This document shows positions 38,249 to 47,620 of a stretch of DNA of 64,000 bases, piece by piece. Source of the DNA: Polyangiales bacterium (lineage in GTDB: Bacteria; Myxococcota_A; Polyangia; Polyangiales; Ga0077539); the NCBI GenBank assembly GCA_044229975.1, contig JBGARZ010000003.1, positions 448,001 to 512,000 of the forward strand, written 5' to 3'. Made by a program: the position numbers and the translations under genes. Numbering within the stretch: the first letter of the stretch is position 1; the number at the start of each line of letters is the position of its first letter. The notes below the pieces were generated by a model that was given only the letters and a program-made list of their open reading frames with translations, made no database searches and had not been told where the DNA came from.

Positions 38249-39462
38249 CGGCAGCGCATCCGTAGTCGGTCGACGTCTTCGTGGCAGACGGCGCACGGTC
38301 GCTCGGACGCCCGCAGCAGCGCACCGCAGCGCGACAGAAACGACGGCGGATGCGGCGAGAACCCGCCGCCGCCGCGCCCCAGGGTGGCGTGGCAGGTCAC
38401 GCAGTCCTGCTCGCTGTGACAGGAGGTGCAGGTTCGCATCGCGCGTCGCGCTTCGACGCCGTGGTGCCGCAGCGTGACGGGCCCCGTCGACCACACCTCC
38501 GCGGGCGGGTGGAAGCGACCGAGCGCGCGCGAGGCCGTGGGCGACGAAGTCGCGACACCGGCCCGCTGATGACAAGCCACGCAGAACGTCGACGCGCGAT
38601 GACACGACCCGCAGCGGTCGCTGTTCATGCGGGCGTCGACGGGGTGCATGGTGAGGTAGTCGTTGGGGTGCGTGCGGCGATCGCGCACGCGGCCGTCGTG
38701 GCAGGCCGCGCACTCGCCCTCGGTGTGACAGACGGCGCAACGACTGCCGTCCTGGGCCGCGCTCGTGCGGTGTGTGAACCAGAAGTCCGCGTCGTGGTGG
38801 AGGCCGTTCATCCAGCGCGGCGGGTTCATCCACTCGTCGCCGAAGCGGGTTTGCAGTCGACCGTCGGGCTGCGTGAGGTGGCAGGTCGCGCAGCGGTCGG
38901 GCGCGCCGCCCGGTCGATGACAGGTGAGGCAGCTCGACATGCGCGGGAGTTCGAGACGGGTGGCGAGACCGACGCCCCGCACTCCCTCATGGCAGCGCTC
39001 GCACGACATCCCCTGGGCCATGTGACGCGCATGGGAGAAGCGCAGGTTGGCGGCCGGAACCTCCGCGCGCGCCACCCGCATCGGCGCCTCCGGGCGCCAC
39101 CCGTCGTGGCAGAGATCGCATCCGCCGAGCGGGTTGGCCGCGGCGGTCGTCGGGTGCGCGCGGTCGACCGAGTGGCAGGGCGCGCACGAGGCCTCGGTCG
39201 GAAGGAGGCTGTCCTCGACGCGGGCGCTGCTGCTCGCCGAAGCATGACAGCGCACGCAGGTCATCCCCGGCATGGCGAGGTGCCGGTCGTGCTGGAAGTG
39301 CAGCGGCAGACGTTGCGTCGGGTAGATGAGGTGCGACGGCCCGTCGTCGGACGACGACGAGCGCGCGGGCGAACGCGTCTGCGCGAACACGGCACCCGCG
39401 GTGGCAGCCAGCGCCAGCGCGAGCGCGAGCGCCGCGCGAAACCAGGCAGAGACGCGCGTCAC
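38245..39462 (-). CDS. Exported multiheme c-type cytochrome (13 CxxCH)
   Basis: 13 CxxCH motifs counted; FQHDRH and FSHARH c3-type motifs; signal peptide from GTG 39462. Confidence 0.93.
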   Translation of the reverse strand: MTRVSAWFRAALALALALAATAGAVFAQTRSPARSSSSDDGPSHLIYPTQRLPLHFQHDRHLAMPGMTCVRCHASASSSARVEDSLLPTEASCAPCHSVDRAHPTTAAANPLGGCDLCHDGWRPEAPMRVARAEVPAANLRFSHARHMAQGMSCERCHEGVRGVGLATRLELPRMSSCLTCHRPGGAPDRCATCHLTQPDGRLQTRFGDEWMNPPRWMNGLHHDADFWFTHRTSAAQDGSRCAVCHTEGECAACHDGRVRDRRTHPNDYLTMHPVDARMNSDRCGSCHRASTFCVACHQRAGVATSSPTASRALGRFHPPAEVWSTGPVTLRHHGVEARRAMRTCTSCHSEQDCVTCHATLGRGGGGFSPHPPSFLSRCGALLRASERPCAVCHEDVDRLRMRCR

Positions 39463-40907
39463 GGTGGCGCCCTCAGCTGGAGCACGGCGACGGCGCGCAG
39501 GCGGTGACCCACCACGGCGTTGAGGTCGTCTTCGAGGCTCACGCTCACCTGCGCGATGCGGCCGAGGACGGCGGTGGCGCCGAGCACGAGACCGAGCCCG
39601 TCGAGGCTGCGATCGGCGCGCAGGGCATCGCGCACGTGGGCGTACGACACGAGCGCGTCGAGGCGCAGCACGCGCCGCAGCACCCACGCCTGGAGTGACA
39701 CGTCGGCGTTGGCGCGTAGCCCGAGCTCACCTCCCTCGACGCTGCCTCGTGCGGTCGTCTCCCAACGCGAGCGGCGCACGCGCAGCGAGGCCGAGCCGCC
39801 GGTGTTGAGGGGCGTTCCGAGGGAGGCGGCGGAGTTGGTGGGGGTCTCGCTGTCGAGGAGGTAGCGGCGCACCCAGGCGCCCAGCGAGAGGTCGACGGCG
39901 CGGGCGATGGGATACGAAAACGACCCGCGCGCCTCGTCCGTCGGGTCGACCCAGAACGACGCCCAGATGGACGTCAGGTCGAACATCGGCCGCACCCGCA
40001 GCACCTCCAGCGACCATCGTCCGGCGCGCCTGGGCAACCCTTCGACGCCCGCCGCGGCCGTGGTCACCGTCGACATGGGAACCATGTACACCGCCTCGGC
40101 GAAGACCCGCACCGTCGACGTCACCTGGAGGTCCGTTCGCGCCGCGAGAACCTCCTCGACGACGCCGTCATCGCCCCACAGGCGACGCCACGACACCCGC
40201 GCATCGAAGCGGGACGACGGGTGTAGCTCCAGCGCCGCACCGACCACCGCAGCGGCGGCGCGGTCGACGACGGCGGTGGCGATGGAGCGGTCCCACCCGG
40301 TGCGATCGGCGCGAAGCAGACCGTCGCGCTCGTAGCGGCCGTTGGAGAGGGGGAAGCCCGCGCGGGTCTCCCATCCGCCGTACGCCTCGATGGAGGCGGT
40401 GGTACCGAGGTTGAGCCGCGCGAGCGCGCCGTCGAAGAGGAAGAAGCCCACCGGGTCGACGATGAGCTGACGACCCGCGCGCAGGTCGAGTCGGCCGCGC
40501 CCGATGCCCGCGACCTCGACGAAGCCAAAGGGCAGGTCGACGGCGCGGCGCGCGAAGAGCGGCGCAAACTCGGCCGCGCGGGAGCGGTTGAGCTCGTCGA
40601 GGCAGCGGTCGGTTCCGGGGTCGCAGGCCGAGCCGAAGTCGCTGTCGATGCGCAGGCGGGCGCGCACACGCACAACAGGGTCGCGCCGATCTTCGGGGTG
40701 GGAAGCGCCCGCGAGGCTGAGGGTCTGGGTGTAGCGACGGAGCGAGAGCACCGCGGCGCCGGCGGGGCCGCGCACCTGCCACGACGAGAGCGTGGACTCG
40801 GCGCGCACCTCGGCGTCAAACGCGTGCGAGCGCGCCGGAAACGACAGCCCCCCCAGGGCGAGAGCGATCGCGAGGAGACTACGAGCGGTCGGTGATGCGG
40901 GTGCCAC
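39459..40907 (-). CDS. Putative outer-membrane beta-barrel, cytochrome-associated
   Basis: Signal peptide, LRAGRQ and FDGA barrel motifs, amphipathic strands; GTGA overlap with the cytochrome gene. Confidence 0.7.
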   Translation of the reverse strand: MAPASPTARSLLAIALALGGLSFPARSHAFDAEVRAESTLSSWQVRGPAGAAVLSLRRYTQTLSLAGASHPEDRRDPVVRVRARLRIDSDFGSACDPGTDRCLDELNRSRAAEFAPLFARRAVDLPFGFVEVAGIGRGRLDLRAGRQLIVDPVGFFLFDGALARLNLGTTASIEAYGGWETRAGFPLSNGRYERDGLLRADRTGWDRSIATAVVDRAAAAVVGAALELHPSSRFDARVSWRRLWGDDGVVEEVLAARTDLQVTSTVRVFAEAVYMVPMSTVTTAAAGVEGLPRRAGRWSLEVLRVRPMFDLTSIWASFWVDPTDEARGSFSYPIARAVDLSLGAWVRRYLLDSETPTNSAASLGTPLNTGGSASLRVRRSRWETTARGSVEGGELGLRANADVSLQAWVLRRVLRLDALVSYAHVRDALRADRSLDGLGLVLGATAVLGRIAQVSVSLEDDLNAVVGHRLRAVAVLQLRAPP

Positions 40908-41409
40908 CGAAGCGCGCGATGAGCTCGTCGTCGTAGTGGTCGCCCACGGCGCCCACGCGGTGGATGAGAAACTCCACCTCCGAGCGTTCGAGGTCGAGGG
41001 TGCGACGCTCGGCGACGACCACCACGCGGTCTTCCTGGAGGCCGAAGGACACCGCCCCGAGACCGCCCGCGTTGAGCTCTAGCAGCATGCGGAACATCGG
41101 CAGCGGATCACCCGACGCCACGCGCACGATGGGCGCCACGACGCGGAGCTGCGGCGAGTCCTCGCCCTCGCGCGCCGGGCGAAGAAACACGGCGACCGCG
41201 GCGCTGCCGCGCAACAGCGACCACCCGCGGCTGGGCTCCGGGACGCTGATGCGAACGCGGTCGGGGTCGAGCCCGAGACGACGGATGACGTCCTCGATGA
41301 GGGTCGCGGCGTGTGTGAGGTCTTCCTGCGATTGCGACTGGTCCACGGCGCGGGTGCTCCTACGGGCTGACGTGCTCTTGGCGGGATTTGGAACCCGCGG
41401 ATTCGGCAT
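40879..41409 (-). CDS. YbjN/CesT-like chaperone-fold protein
   Basis: WSLLRGSA, LRVVAPI, RMLLELN, DHYDDELIARFG. Confidence 0.75.
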   Translation of the reverse strand: MPNPRVPNPAKSTSARRSTRAVDQSQSQEDLTHAATLIEDVIRRLGLDPDRVRISVPEPSRGWSLLRGSAAVAVFLRPAREGEDSPQLRVVAPIVRVASGDPLPMFRMLLELNAGGLGAVSFGLQEDRVVVVAERRTLDLERSEVEFLIHRVGAVGDHYDDELIARFGGTRITDRS

Positions 41410-41474
41410 CGCCGGGGGTCGCGTTGTCAAGCGCGGCGCCGCGGCGGCGGCGGTGGTACACACCGGGGCCTGCG

Positions 41475-42311
41475 ATGCCTACGGTGCGATTGATCGTCCG
41501 CTATGACGGAACCGAGTTCTCCGGCTGGCAGCGCCAGCGGGGCGTCCCGACGGTGCAGGAGGCGATCGAGATCGCCGCGAGCGCCATGGCCTGCGAGCGG
41601 GTCACCGTCCGAGGCGCCGGGCGCACCGACGCCGGGGTGCATGCCCACGGTCAGCTCGCGGCGTTCCAGACGCTGGCGACCATCCCCGAATATGGCTGGC
41701 GCCTCGGGCTGACGGGTCGCCTCCCGCGCACCATCGCCATCACCGACGCGCGCTACGTGCAGGACGACTTCGACCCGCGGCGCGCCTCGGCGGGCAAGCG
41801 CTACCGCTACCTCATCCTGTCGTCGCCCGACCGCGACCCGCTCCTGCGCGACCGCGCCTGGCACCTCTGGGGCGACCTCGACGTCGAGCTCATGCGCCGC
41901 GAGGCCGAGGCCCTGGTGGGCACCCACGACTTCGCCGCCTTCCGCGCCGCCGACTGCGAGCGCCTCACCACCACGCGCACGCTCTTCCGCATCGACGTTC
42001 GCCCTGGCTGGCAGGGCCGAGACGACCTCATCGCCGTCGAGGTCGAAGGCACCGCCTTCCTCAAGAACATGGTGCGCGTCATCGTCGGCACCCTGGTCGA
42101 CGTGGGCCGCGGACGGCTGCCGCCAGGCACCACCGCCGCGCGCCTCCTCGACCTCGATCGCACCCGCTCGGGCATGACCGCGCCGGCACAGGGTCTGTAC
42201 CTCGACGAGGTGTTCATCAAGGACGAGTGGCGCGTCGACAACGACCCGCTGCGCCCGTGTCCGCCGTACGCCGCCCAGCACTTCCCCGCCGCGCCGGGAG
42301 AGCCGTCGTGA
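41475..42311 (+). CDS. truA: tRNA pseudouridine(38-40) synthase
   Basis: YDGTEFSGWQRQ, GAGRTDAGVHA, GTHDF, FLKNMVR, TAPAQGLYL. Confidence 0.97.
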   Translation: MPTVRLIVRYDGTEFSGWQRQRGVPTVQEAIEIAASAMACERVTVRGAGRTDAGVHAHGQLAAFQTLATIPEYGWRLGLTGRLPRTIAITDARYVQDDFDPRRASAGKRYRYLILSSPDRDPLLRDRAWHLWGDLDVELMRREAEALVGTHDFAAFRAADCERLTTTRTLFRIDVRPGWQGRDDLIAVEVEGTAFLKNMVRVIVGTLVDVGRGRLPPGTTAARLLDLDRTRSGMTAPAQGLYLDEVFIKDEWRVDNDPLRPCPPYAAQHFPAAPGEPS

Positions 42312-43006
42312 CAGCGCCCCACCGCCTCGCCCTCTCGCTCGCCTTCGCCGTCTGTGCCTTCGCGACGACGGCCTCGGCCGACCCGCCGCCCAAGGTCTGC
42401 ATCGCCGTCGCGGGCGACCCCGACGAGGCCGTGCGCACCCTCGCGCGCGAGACCGAAGCGCTGCTCTCGGCCTCCACCACCTGGCGCGTGGTCGCTGACG
42501 CCAGCACCCGCGACGCCCTCCGCGGCGAGTCCGGCGCACCCGCCGAGCAGGCCGACCGCGCCGCCGCACGCCGCACCCTCCGCTCCGCCGACGCCGACGC
42601 CGCGACCCTCGACTCGGTGGGCGATGCGCTCGGCTGCGCGTGGTTCATCACCCTCGCGGCTCGCTCGGCGGGCATCGCGCCGCGCGTCTACGACCTCGGC
42701 CGACACGCCTTCGTCGCAACACCCGCGGCCGGATCATTTGACGCTCCCGCCGTGGTGCACCTGTTGGACGGCACCGTGACCTCCCAGACCGCCTCGACCC
42801 CCTCCCCCGCCGCGGCCGCCGCGACGCCCGCCCCGGCGCGGCCCGCCGTGACCGCCCCTAGCCGCAGTGTCCCCCTCTTCTCGCGCGTCTGGCCCTGGGT
42901 CGTTGTCGGCGCCCTCGTGGCCGGCGCCGTCGTCGCCGCCGTCGTCCTCCAGGACGAAGGAACGCCCCGCACCACCATCTCGGTCTTCCACCGGGGCGCC
43001 CAATGA
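42308..43006 (+). CDS. Exported/membrane-anchored hypothetical protein
   Basis: Signal peptide and C-terminal WPWVVVG TM; overlaps truA and the next gene by 4 nt each. Confidence 0.7.
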   Translation: MTAPHRLALSLAFAVCAFATTASADPPPKVCIAVAGDPDEAVRTLARETEALLSASTTWRVVADASTRDALRGESGAPAEQADRAAARRTLRSADADAATLDSVGDALGCAWFITLAARSAGIAPRVYDLGRHAFVATPAAGSFDAPAVVHLLDGTVTSQTASTPSPAAAAATPAPARPAVTAPSRSVPLFSRVWPWVVVGALVAGAVVAAVVLQDEGTPRTTISVFHRGAQ

Positions 43007-44037
43007 TCCGCGTCCGCGCGTGGCTCGTGGCCCTCGCGTTGACGCTCTGGACCGCCCTCTCCCTCGCCCAGCCCGCTGCCGCGCACGTCCACGCCGACGA
43101 CGCCCTCGCGCGCCGCGACATCGCCCTCTCCATCCCTTCGGTGCCCGCGAGCTACGTCACCGAGCAGCTCGGGCCGCTCGCGGTGAGCTACCCCCGCGCG
43201 ATGCGCCCGGTGTTCGAGAGTGCGCTCGCCCGCGCCGCGCAAGACGCCCGCGCTGTCGGCGTCCCGGTGGGCCTCCCGGAGCTCCCTCGGCTCTCGGTGC
43301 GGCTCGTGCCCGACTTCGACGCGATGCGCGCGCTGAGTCCGCTGGAGATGCCTCCGCCCGCGTACGCCTCCGGGGTCGCGTACCCGACCATCGGGCTCAC
43401 GCTGGTGTCGGCGCGGGCGCCCGCGACGGGCGAGGCCACGCGCGTCGCCCAGGTGCTGCGCCACGAGCTCTCGCACCTCGTGTGGGGTGCGGCGACCAAT
43501 CAGGCCGAGGGGCCGCGGTGGTTCACCGAAGGGCTCGCGGTGGAGCAGTCCGGGGAGCAGAGCTTCGAGCGCTTCCAGTCGATGGCGCAGGCCAGCTACA
43601 CACGAGGATTGGTCCCCTGGTCACAGCTCGACGGGCGCTTCGCCGGGAGCAACGCGCAGGTCGAGATGGCCTACGCGCAGGGCGCCGACATCGTCGGGTG
43701 GCTGCTGCGTCGCGACGGCCCCGGGCGCTTCGCCGTGCTCTCCGAGCGACTGCGGCAGGGAGCTCCGTTCCCCGAGGCGATGCGCGTGGCCTTTGGTCGC
43801 ACGCTGACGGGCCTCGAAGAGGAGTGGCGCGACGACGTCCGTAGCCGCTTTGCGCTGGCGCCGCTCTGGGCTGGCTCGGGCCTGGTGACGGTGGTGTTCC
43901 TGGTGATGATGGGGGCCGCGGCGCTGCGTCGCTGGCGCCGGTCGTCGAAGACCCGCGCGCGCTGGGCAGCCGAGGAGCGGGCGCGCCGACAGCCACCGCG
44001 CTGGGTGGTGATCACGCCGGGTCTACGAGGGGATTGA
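43003..44037 (+). CDS. Peptidase MA-family zinc metallohydrolase
   Basis: LRHELSH and PRWFTEGLA; signal peptide and C-terminal TM. Confidence 0.85.
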   Translation: MIRVRAWLVALALTLWTALSLAQPAAAHVHADDALARRDIALSIPSVPASYVTEQLGPLAVSYPRAMRPVFESALARAAQDARAVGVPVGLPELPRLSVRLVPDFDAMRALSPLEMPPPAYASGVAYPTIGLTLVSARAPATGEATRVAQVLRHELSHLVWGAATNQAEGPRWFTEGLAVEQSGEQSFERFQSMAQASYTRGLVPWSQLDGRFAGSNAQVEMAYAQGADIVGWLLRRDGPGRFAVLSERLRQGAPFPEAMRVAFGRTLTGLEEEWRDDVRSRFALAPLWAGSGLVTVVFLVMMGAAALRRWRRSSKTRARWAAEERARRQPPRWVVITPGLRGD

Positions 44038-44084
44038 GCGGAGGGAAGGACCCGCAGCCCGAGAGGGCTGCGGAGGGCGGACAC

Positions 44085-45029
44085 TCACGGACCGATGCGC
44101 GGCGACGTCGGCAGGAAGATGCTGACGCCGAGGCTGACCATCTGGTTGAAGGCGAGCGAGCGGTCGTCGGAGTTGATGCGCGCGACACGCTGGCTCGCGT
44201 TGGTCGCGAAGTACGTCGACACGATGTCGGAGAAGCCCTCGCACGAGGCGTTGCCGGCGGCGCCGCAACGGTTCTCGGTGGAGTTCTCGTCGGTGCCCGC
44301 GCGGTTCCAGGAGAAGGGCGTGGCGCGGTACTCGAGGTTGACCGACACGAAGCGGTTGACGAAGAAGTTGAGGCCGAAGCCGAAGGTCGGAGCCACCGCG
44401 ACGCGGCTCTCGCGAGCCGTCTGGGAGCTGGCCCACGACGCGCGGAGCTGGTTGGCCTGCACCGAGTCGAGGCCCGCGGTCTGCGAGCGGAGGCCCGCGG
44501 TCGGCGTCTCGGCGCGCTCGGAGAGGCCCACGAACGCGACGCCCGCGACGAGGTAGAAGTCGACGTCGGCGACGAGGTTCTGGAAGAGCGCGAACTTCCC
44601 TCGCAACGGGATGAACGTCGCGTAGAGATCGATCATGTAGTTGCGCCGCCCGATCTGCTGCGGGAAGTTCGTGCGACTGGCGATGTTGGGCGTGCCGCCG
44701 GGAGCGCGCTCAGCGATCTGGGTGGTGAGCGAGGTGTCGAAGCCCGCCGCGCCCATGAAGCCCGCGCCCACGCCGATCCAGTCGGTGAAGTGGTACTGCG
44801 CGCGCAGACCGAAGAAGAGCTCCCGGGAGAACTCGTCTTGCAGCGTGATGCCGACGGTGGGGGTGAGGGCGAGGCGACCCTCGCGGTACCGCACCAGGCG
44901 AGCCACCGAGCGAGCCCCGGCGAGCGGGCCTCGGATCTGGATGTCCTGCGCGGCGGCGGTGCTCGTGACCAGCGTCGCCCCGGCGAGGACCAGCGTTCCA
45001 AACAAGCGCTTCATGGATGCCATCGTCAT
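44085..45029 (-). CDS. Myxobacterial outer-membrane beta-barrel protein (GltA/GltB/GltH-like family)
   Basis: GRLALTP...LQDEF, PLRGKFALF, DFYLVAG and terminal strand VSIFLP. Confidence 0.75.
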   Translation of the reverse strand: MTMASMKRLFGTLVLAGATLVTSTAAAQDIQIRGPLAGARSVARLVRYREGRLALTPTVGITLQDEFSRELFFGLRAQYHFTDWIGVGAGFMGAAGFDTSLTTQIAERAPGGTPNIASRTNFPQQIGRRNYMIDLYATFIPLRGKFALFQNLVADVDFYLVAGVAFVGLSERAETPTAGLRSQTAGLDSVQANQLRASWASSQTARESRVAVAPTFGFGLNFFVNRFVSVNLEYRATPFSWNRAGTDENSTENRCGAAGNASCEGFSDIVSTYFATNASQRVARINSDDRSLAFNQMVSLGVSIFLPTSPRIGP

Positions 45030-45043
45030 TCGCTCCGCAACGC

Positions 45044-46030
45044 TCACTTGGGCAGGTGGTACGTGACGCTGAACGGAAGGAACACCGTCAGCCCCACGGA
45101 GAGCATCACGTTGTCCGTGAGCGCGCTCTCGCTCGTCCAGTTGGCCGGATTACGCCGACACCGCGCGCACGTCGTCGTGAGCTGCCCGTTGGCACCCATG
45201 CCCGTCTCGGGGAGGTTGGTGCTCGTGTTCTCCAGCAGCTCTGGATAGATGAAGTTTCGCAGCTCGGTGGTGATGGCCACCGAGGGCGACACGAACACCC
45301 GGAACCCGATGCCCGCATCGAAGAGGATGCGGGTGTTCCAATCGAAGGACCGCACCTCCGGGTCGACCGCGGCGATGGGGCGCGTGCGCATGATGCCCAC
45401 GCCCGCCGTCAGGTACATGTCCCAGTGGAAGATGAAGCGGTTGAACATCGAGAACTTCCCGTACAAAGGCACGTACGAGAAGTTCACCGCCGCCGCGAGC
45501 TGGTACTCGTTGATGGGCACCACGAGCTCGGCCGAGCGACCCACGAAGTAGTTCACGTCCGAGGTGGTGTTGAGCCCCTGGAAGAACACCCCGGTGAGGC
45601 CCACCGCGAGCACGTTGGAGATCCAGTAGTTGAGCGACAGGCCGAAGCCCGTGTGCTGCACGTACGGATCGTTGAGCGAGAAGTTGGCCGAGGGGTTGAT
45701 CTCGAAGCGGTGGTTGCGAAGCGCGTAGATGCGCTGCACCGCGTAGATGTCCTCGACGAGGCGGTGTCGCTGCGCAGCGACCTCACCTCCCGGCACCGTC
45801 AACGACGGCAGCGGCGAATCACCCGAGCCGCTCGGCGTCGGCGTCGCGGGCTCCGTGGGTTGTGCGGCGGCCTCGTCCGCTCCGAACGTCATCGCTCCAT
45901 CGTCGCCGCCCGCGGGCGGTGTCGGTTGAGCGTTGCGAGGCTGCGCGAGCAGCTGCGACGGTGCGCCCAGAAGTGCTGCGGTGAGCAGCGCCCGGACGAT
46001 CTTTCCTCGACCCATCGTCACCCCTGTCAT
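45044..46030 (-). CDS. Myxobacterial outer-membrane beta-barrel protein (GltA/GltB/GltH-like family)
   Basis: AVQR..LRNHRFEINP...LNDPY, PLYGKFS, DMYLTAG and terminal strand LTVFLP. Confidence 0.8.
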   Translation of the reverse strand: MTGVTMGRGKIVRALLTAALLGAPSQLLAQPRNAQPTPPAGGDDGAMTFGADEAAAQPTEPATPTPSGSGDSPLPSLTVPGGEVAAQRHRLVEDIYAVQRIYALRNHRFEINPSANFSLNDPYVQHTGFGLSLNYWISNVLAVGLTGVFFQGLNTTSDVNYFVGRSAELVVPINEYQLAAAVNFSYVPLYGKFSMFNRFIFHWDMYLTAGVGIMRTRPIAAVDPEVRSFDWNTRILFDAGIGFRVFVSPSVAITTELRNFIYPELLENTSTNLPETGMGANGQLTTTCARCRRNPANWTSESALTDNVMLSVGLTVFLPFSVTYHLPK

Positions 46031-46103
46031 GGTGCCTGACCAGTGCCCTTGCCTGCGACTCTAAGTGGTTGAAATCGCAGAGAATTCCGCCAACCTCGGA
46101 CCG

Positions 46104-46133
46104 ACTATATCACGCGCTCTTTCCGCGTCGCAA
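46104..46133 (-). promoter_or_regulatory. Sigma70-like extended -10 promoter for the barrel pair; IHF-like site at 46062-46074
   Basis: Minus strand TTGCGA-N18-TATAGT with TGn before the -10. TAAGTGGTTGAAA has 1 mismatch to YAANNNNTTGATW. Confidence 0.5.
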
Positions 46134-46158
46134 CAGCATTGTAGGGGCTTGTAAGCCC

Positions 46159-47550
46159 TCACGCGTCGGCGCCCTCTCCGCGTGCGAAGAGCGCCTCGAC
46201 GAACTCGCCTGCGTCGAAGTCGCGCAGGTCGTCGGCCTTCTCGCCGACGCCGATGAATCGCACCGGGAGCTTGAACTCATCGGCCACCGCGAGGATGACC
46301 CCGCCCTTGGCCGTGCCATCGAGCTTGGTCAGCACCACGCCGGTGACGTCGAGCGCCTCGCGAAACTCCTTGGCCTGGCTCAGCGCGTTTTGCCCGGTGA
46401 CGGCGTCGAGCACGAGCAGGATCTCGTGCGGCGCACCCGGACACGCCTTGCCCGCGGCGTCGCGCGTCTTGCGCAGCTCTTCCATCAACGGCGCCTTGTT
46501 CTGGAGGCGGCCGGCGGTGTCGGCGATGACCACGTCGAAGCCCTCGGCCACCGCGTGCGCCACGGCCTCGTACACCACGGCGCTCGGCTTCGCGCCTTCC
46601 TTCGTCGCCTTGTGCACGGTGACCCCGATGCGCGTGCCCCACATCTCGAGCTGCTGCACCGCCGCCGCGCGGAAGGTGTCCGCCGCCGCCAGCAGCACCT
46701 TCTGCCCCGCGGCCTTGTAGCGACCCGCGAGCTTCGCCGTCGTGGTCGTCTTGCCCGCGCCGTTGACGCCCACCATCAAGATGACCAGCGGCGACTGCGG
46801 GGCCGTGGACCCGAACGCCGGGGCCGACACGTCGAGGATGCGACGCGAGTCGTCGCGCAGCGCGTCCCACACCTTGTCGGCGTCGGCGAGCTCGCTGCGG
46901 TCGAGGCGCTCGCGCAGGCCGTCGACAAAGCGCTTCGTGGTCGACGTACCCACGTCACCCGTGAGGAGCGTCTCCTCGATCTGTTCGAGCAGCGCGGGGT
47001 CGATCTCCTTCTTGCCGCTGAACACGGCGAAGAGGCGCTGCATGAAGCCCCCGCGCGTCTGCGCGAGGCCGCGCTTCACGGCGGCGACGTCCTTCGGAGA
47101 CGAGAGCGGCGCCGGGGCATTGCGTGCGGCCGGGACCACCACCGCGACTTCGGCGGGCACGGACTTCTCGACGGCGGGCGCGGTCTCCGCGGCGGTGGCC
47201 GTGGTGGGCGCAGGCTCCGCCACCGGAGCGACGGCGGGCTCGACCTTCGGCTCGACGACCTTCTCGACGGGCGCCTCGATCTTCGCTGCGACGGGCTCCT
47301 TGGCGACCGCAGGCTCCTTCGCTGCGACGGGCTCCTTGGCGACCGCGGGCTCCTTCGCCGCGACGGGCTCCTTGGTGACCGCGGGCTCCTTCGCCACCAC
47401 GGGCTTCGCGGGCTTTTCGTCCTTCGACGGGAGCCGCTCCGGGACCTTGTCTTCAGCGGCCGGGAGCTGCGGTGCCTTGCGCGTCAGCAGGTACGCTGCG
47501 ACCCCCGCGATGACGACCACCAGCAGTAGAACGATGACCCAAGAATCCAT
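46159..47550 (-). CDS. ftsY: SRP receptor FtsY with N-terminal TM and repeat linker
   Basis: GVNGAGKTTT, DTFRAAA, DTAGRLQ, TKLDGTAKGG, GVGE. Confidence 0.97.
   Translation of the reverse strand: MDSWVIVLLLVVVIAGVAAYLLTRKAPQLPAAEDKVPERLPSKDEKPAKPVVAKEPAVTKEPVAAKEPAVAKEPVAAKEPAVAKEPVAAKIEAPVEKVVEPKVEPAVAPVAEPAPTTATAAETAPAVEKSVPAEVAVVVPAARNAPAPLSSPKDVAAVKRGLAQTRGGFMQRLFAVFSGKKEIDPALLEQIEETLLTGDVGTSTTKRFVDGLRERLDRSELADADKVWDALRDDSRRILDVSAPAFGSTAPQSPLVILMVGVNGAGKTTTTAKLAGRYKAAGQKVLLAAADTFRAAAVQQLEMWGTRIGVTVHKATKEGAKPSAVVYEAVAHAVAEGFDVVIADTAGRLQNKAPLMEELRKTRDAAGKACPGAPHEILLVLDAVTGQNALSQAKEFREALDVTGVVLTKLDGTAKGGVILAVADEFKLPVRFIGVGEKADDLRDFDAGEFVEALFARGEGADA
47281..47406. repeat. Seven in-frame 18 bp tandem units (36 bp higher-order period) within ftsY
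   Basis: Alternating cttcgctgcgacgggctc / cttggcgaccgcgggctc units encoding KEPVAA / KEPAVA. Confidence 0.9.
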
Positions 47551-47620
47551 CCCGAACCTCGGCCTCCTCGTGCTGCGACGCACGCGCCCCTTTGTTCGGG
47601 GAGCCGCACCATAGAGCCCA

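Noticed and set aside
46030..46160. Sigma54 promoter (TGGCGG...TGC on the minus strand)
   Set aside because: GG-to-GC spacing is 11 rather than the required 10.
47281..47406. ftsY tandem repeats as CRISPR or a mobile element
   Set aside because: In-frame, spacer-less coding repeats.
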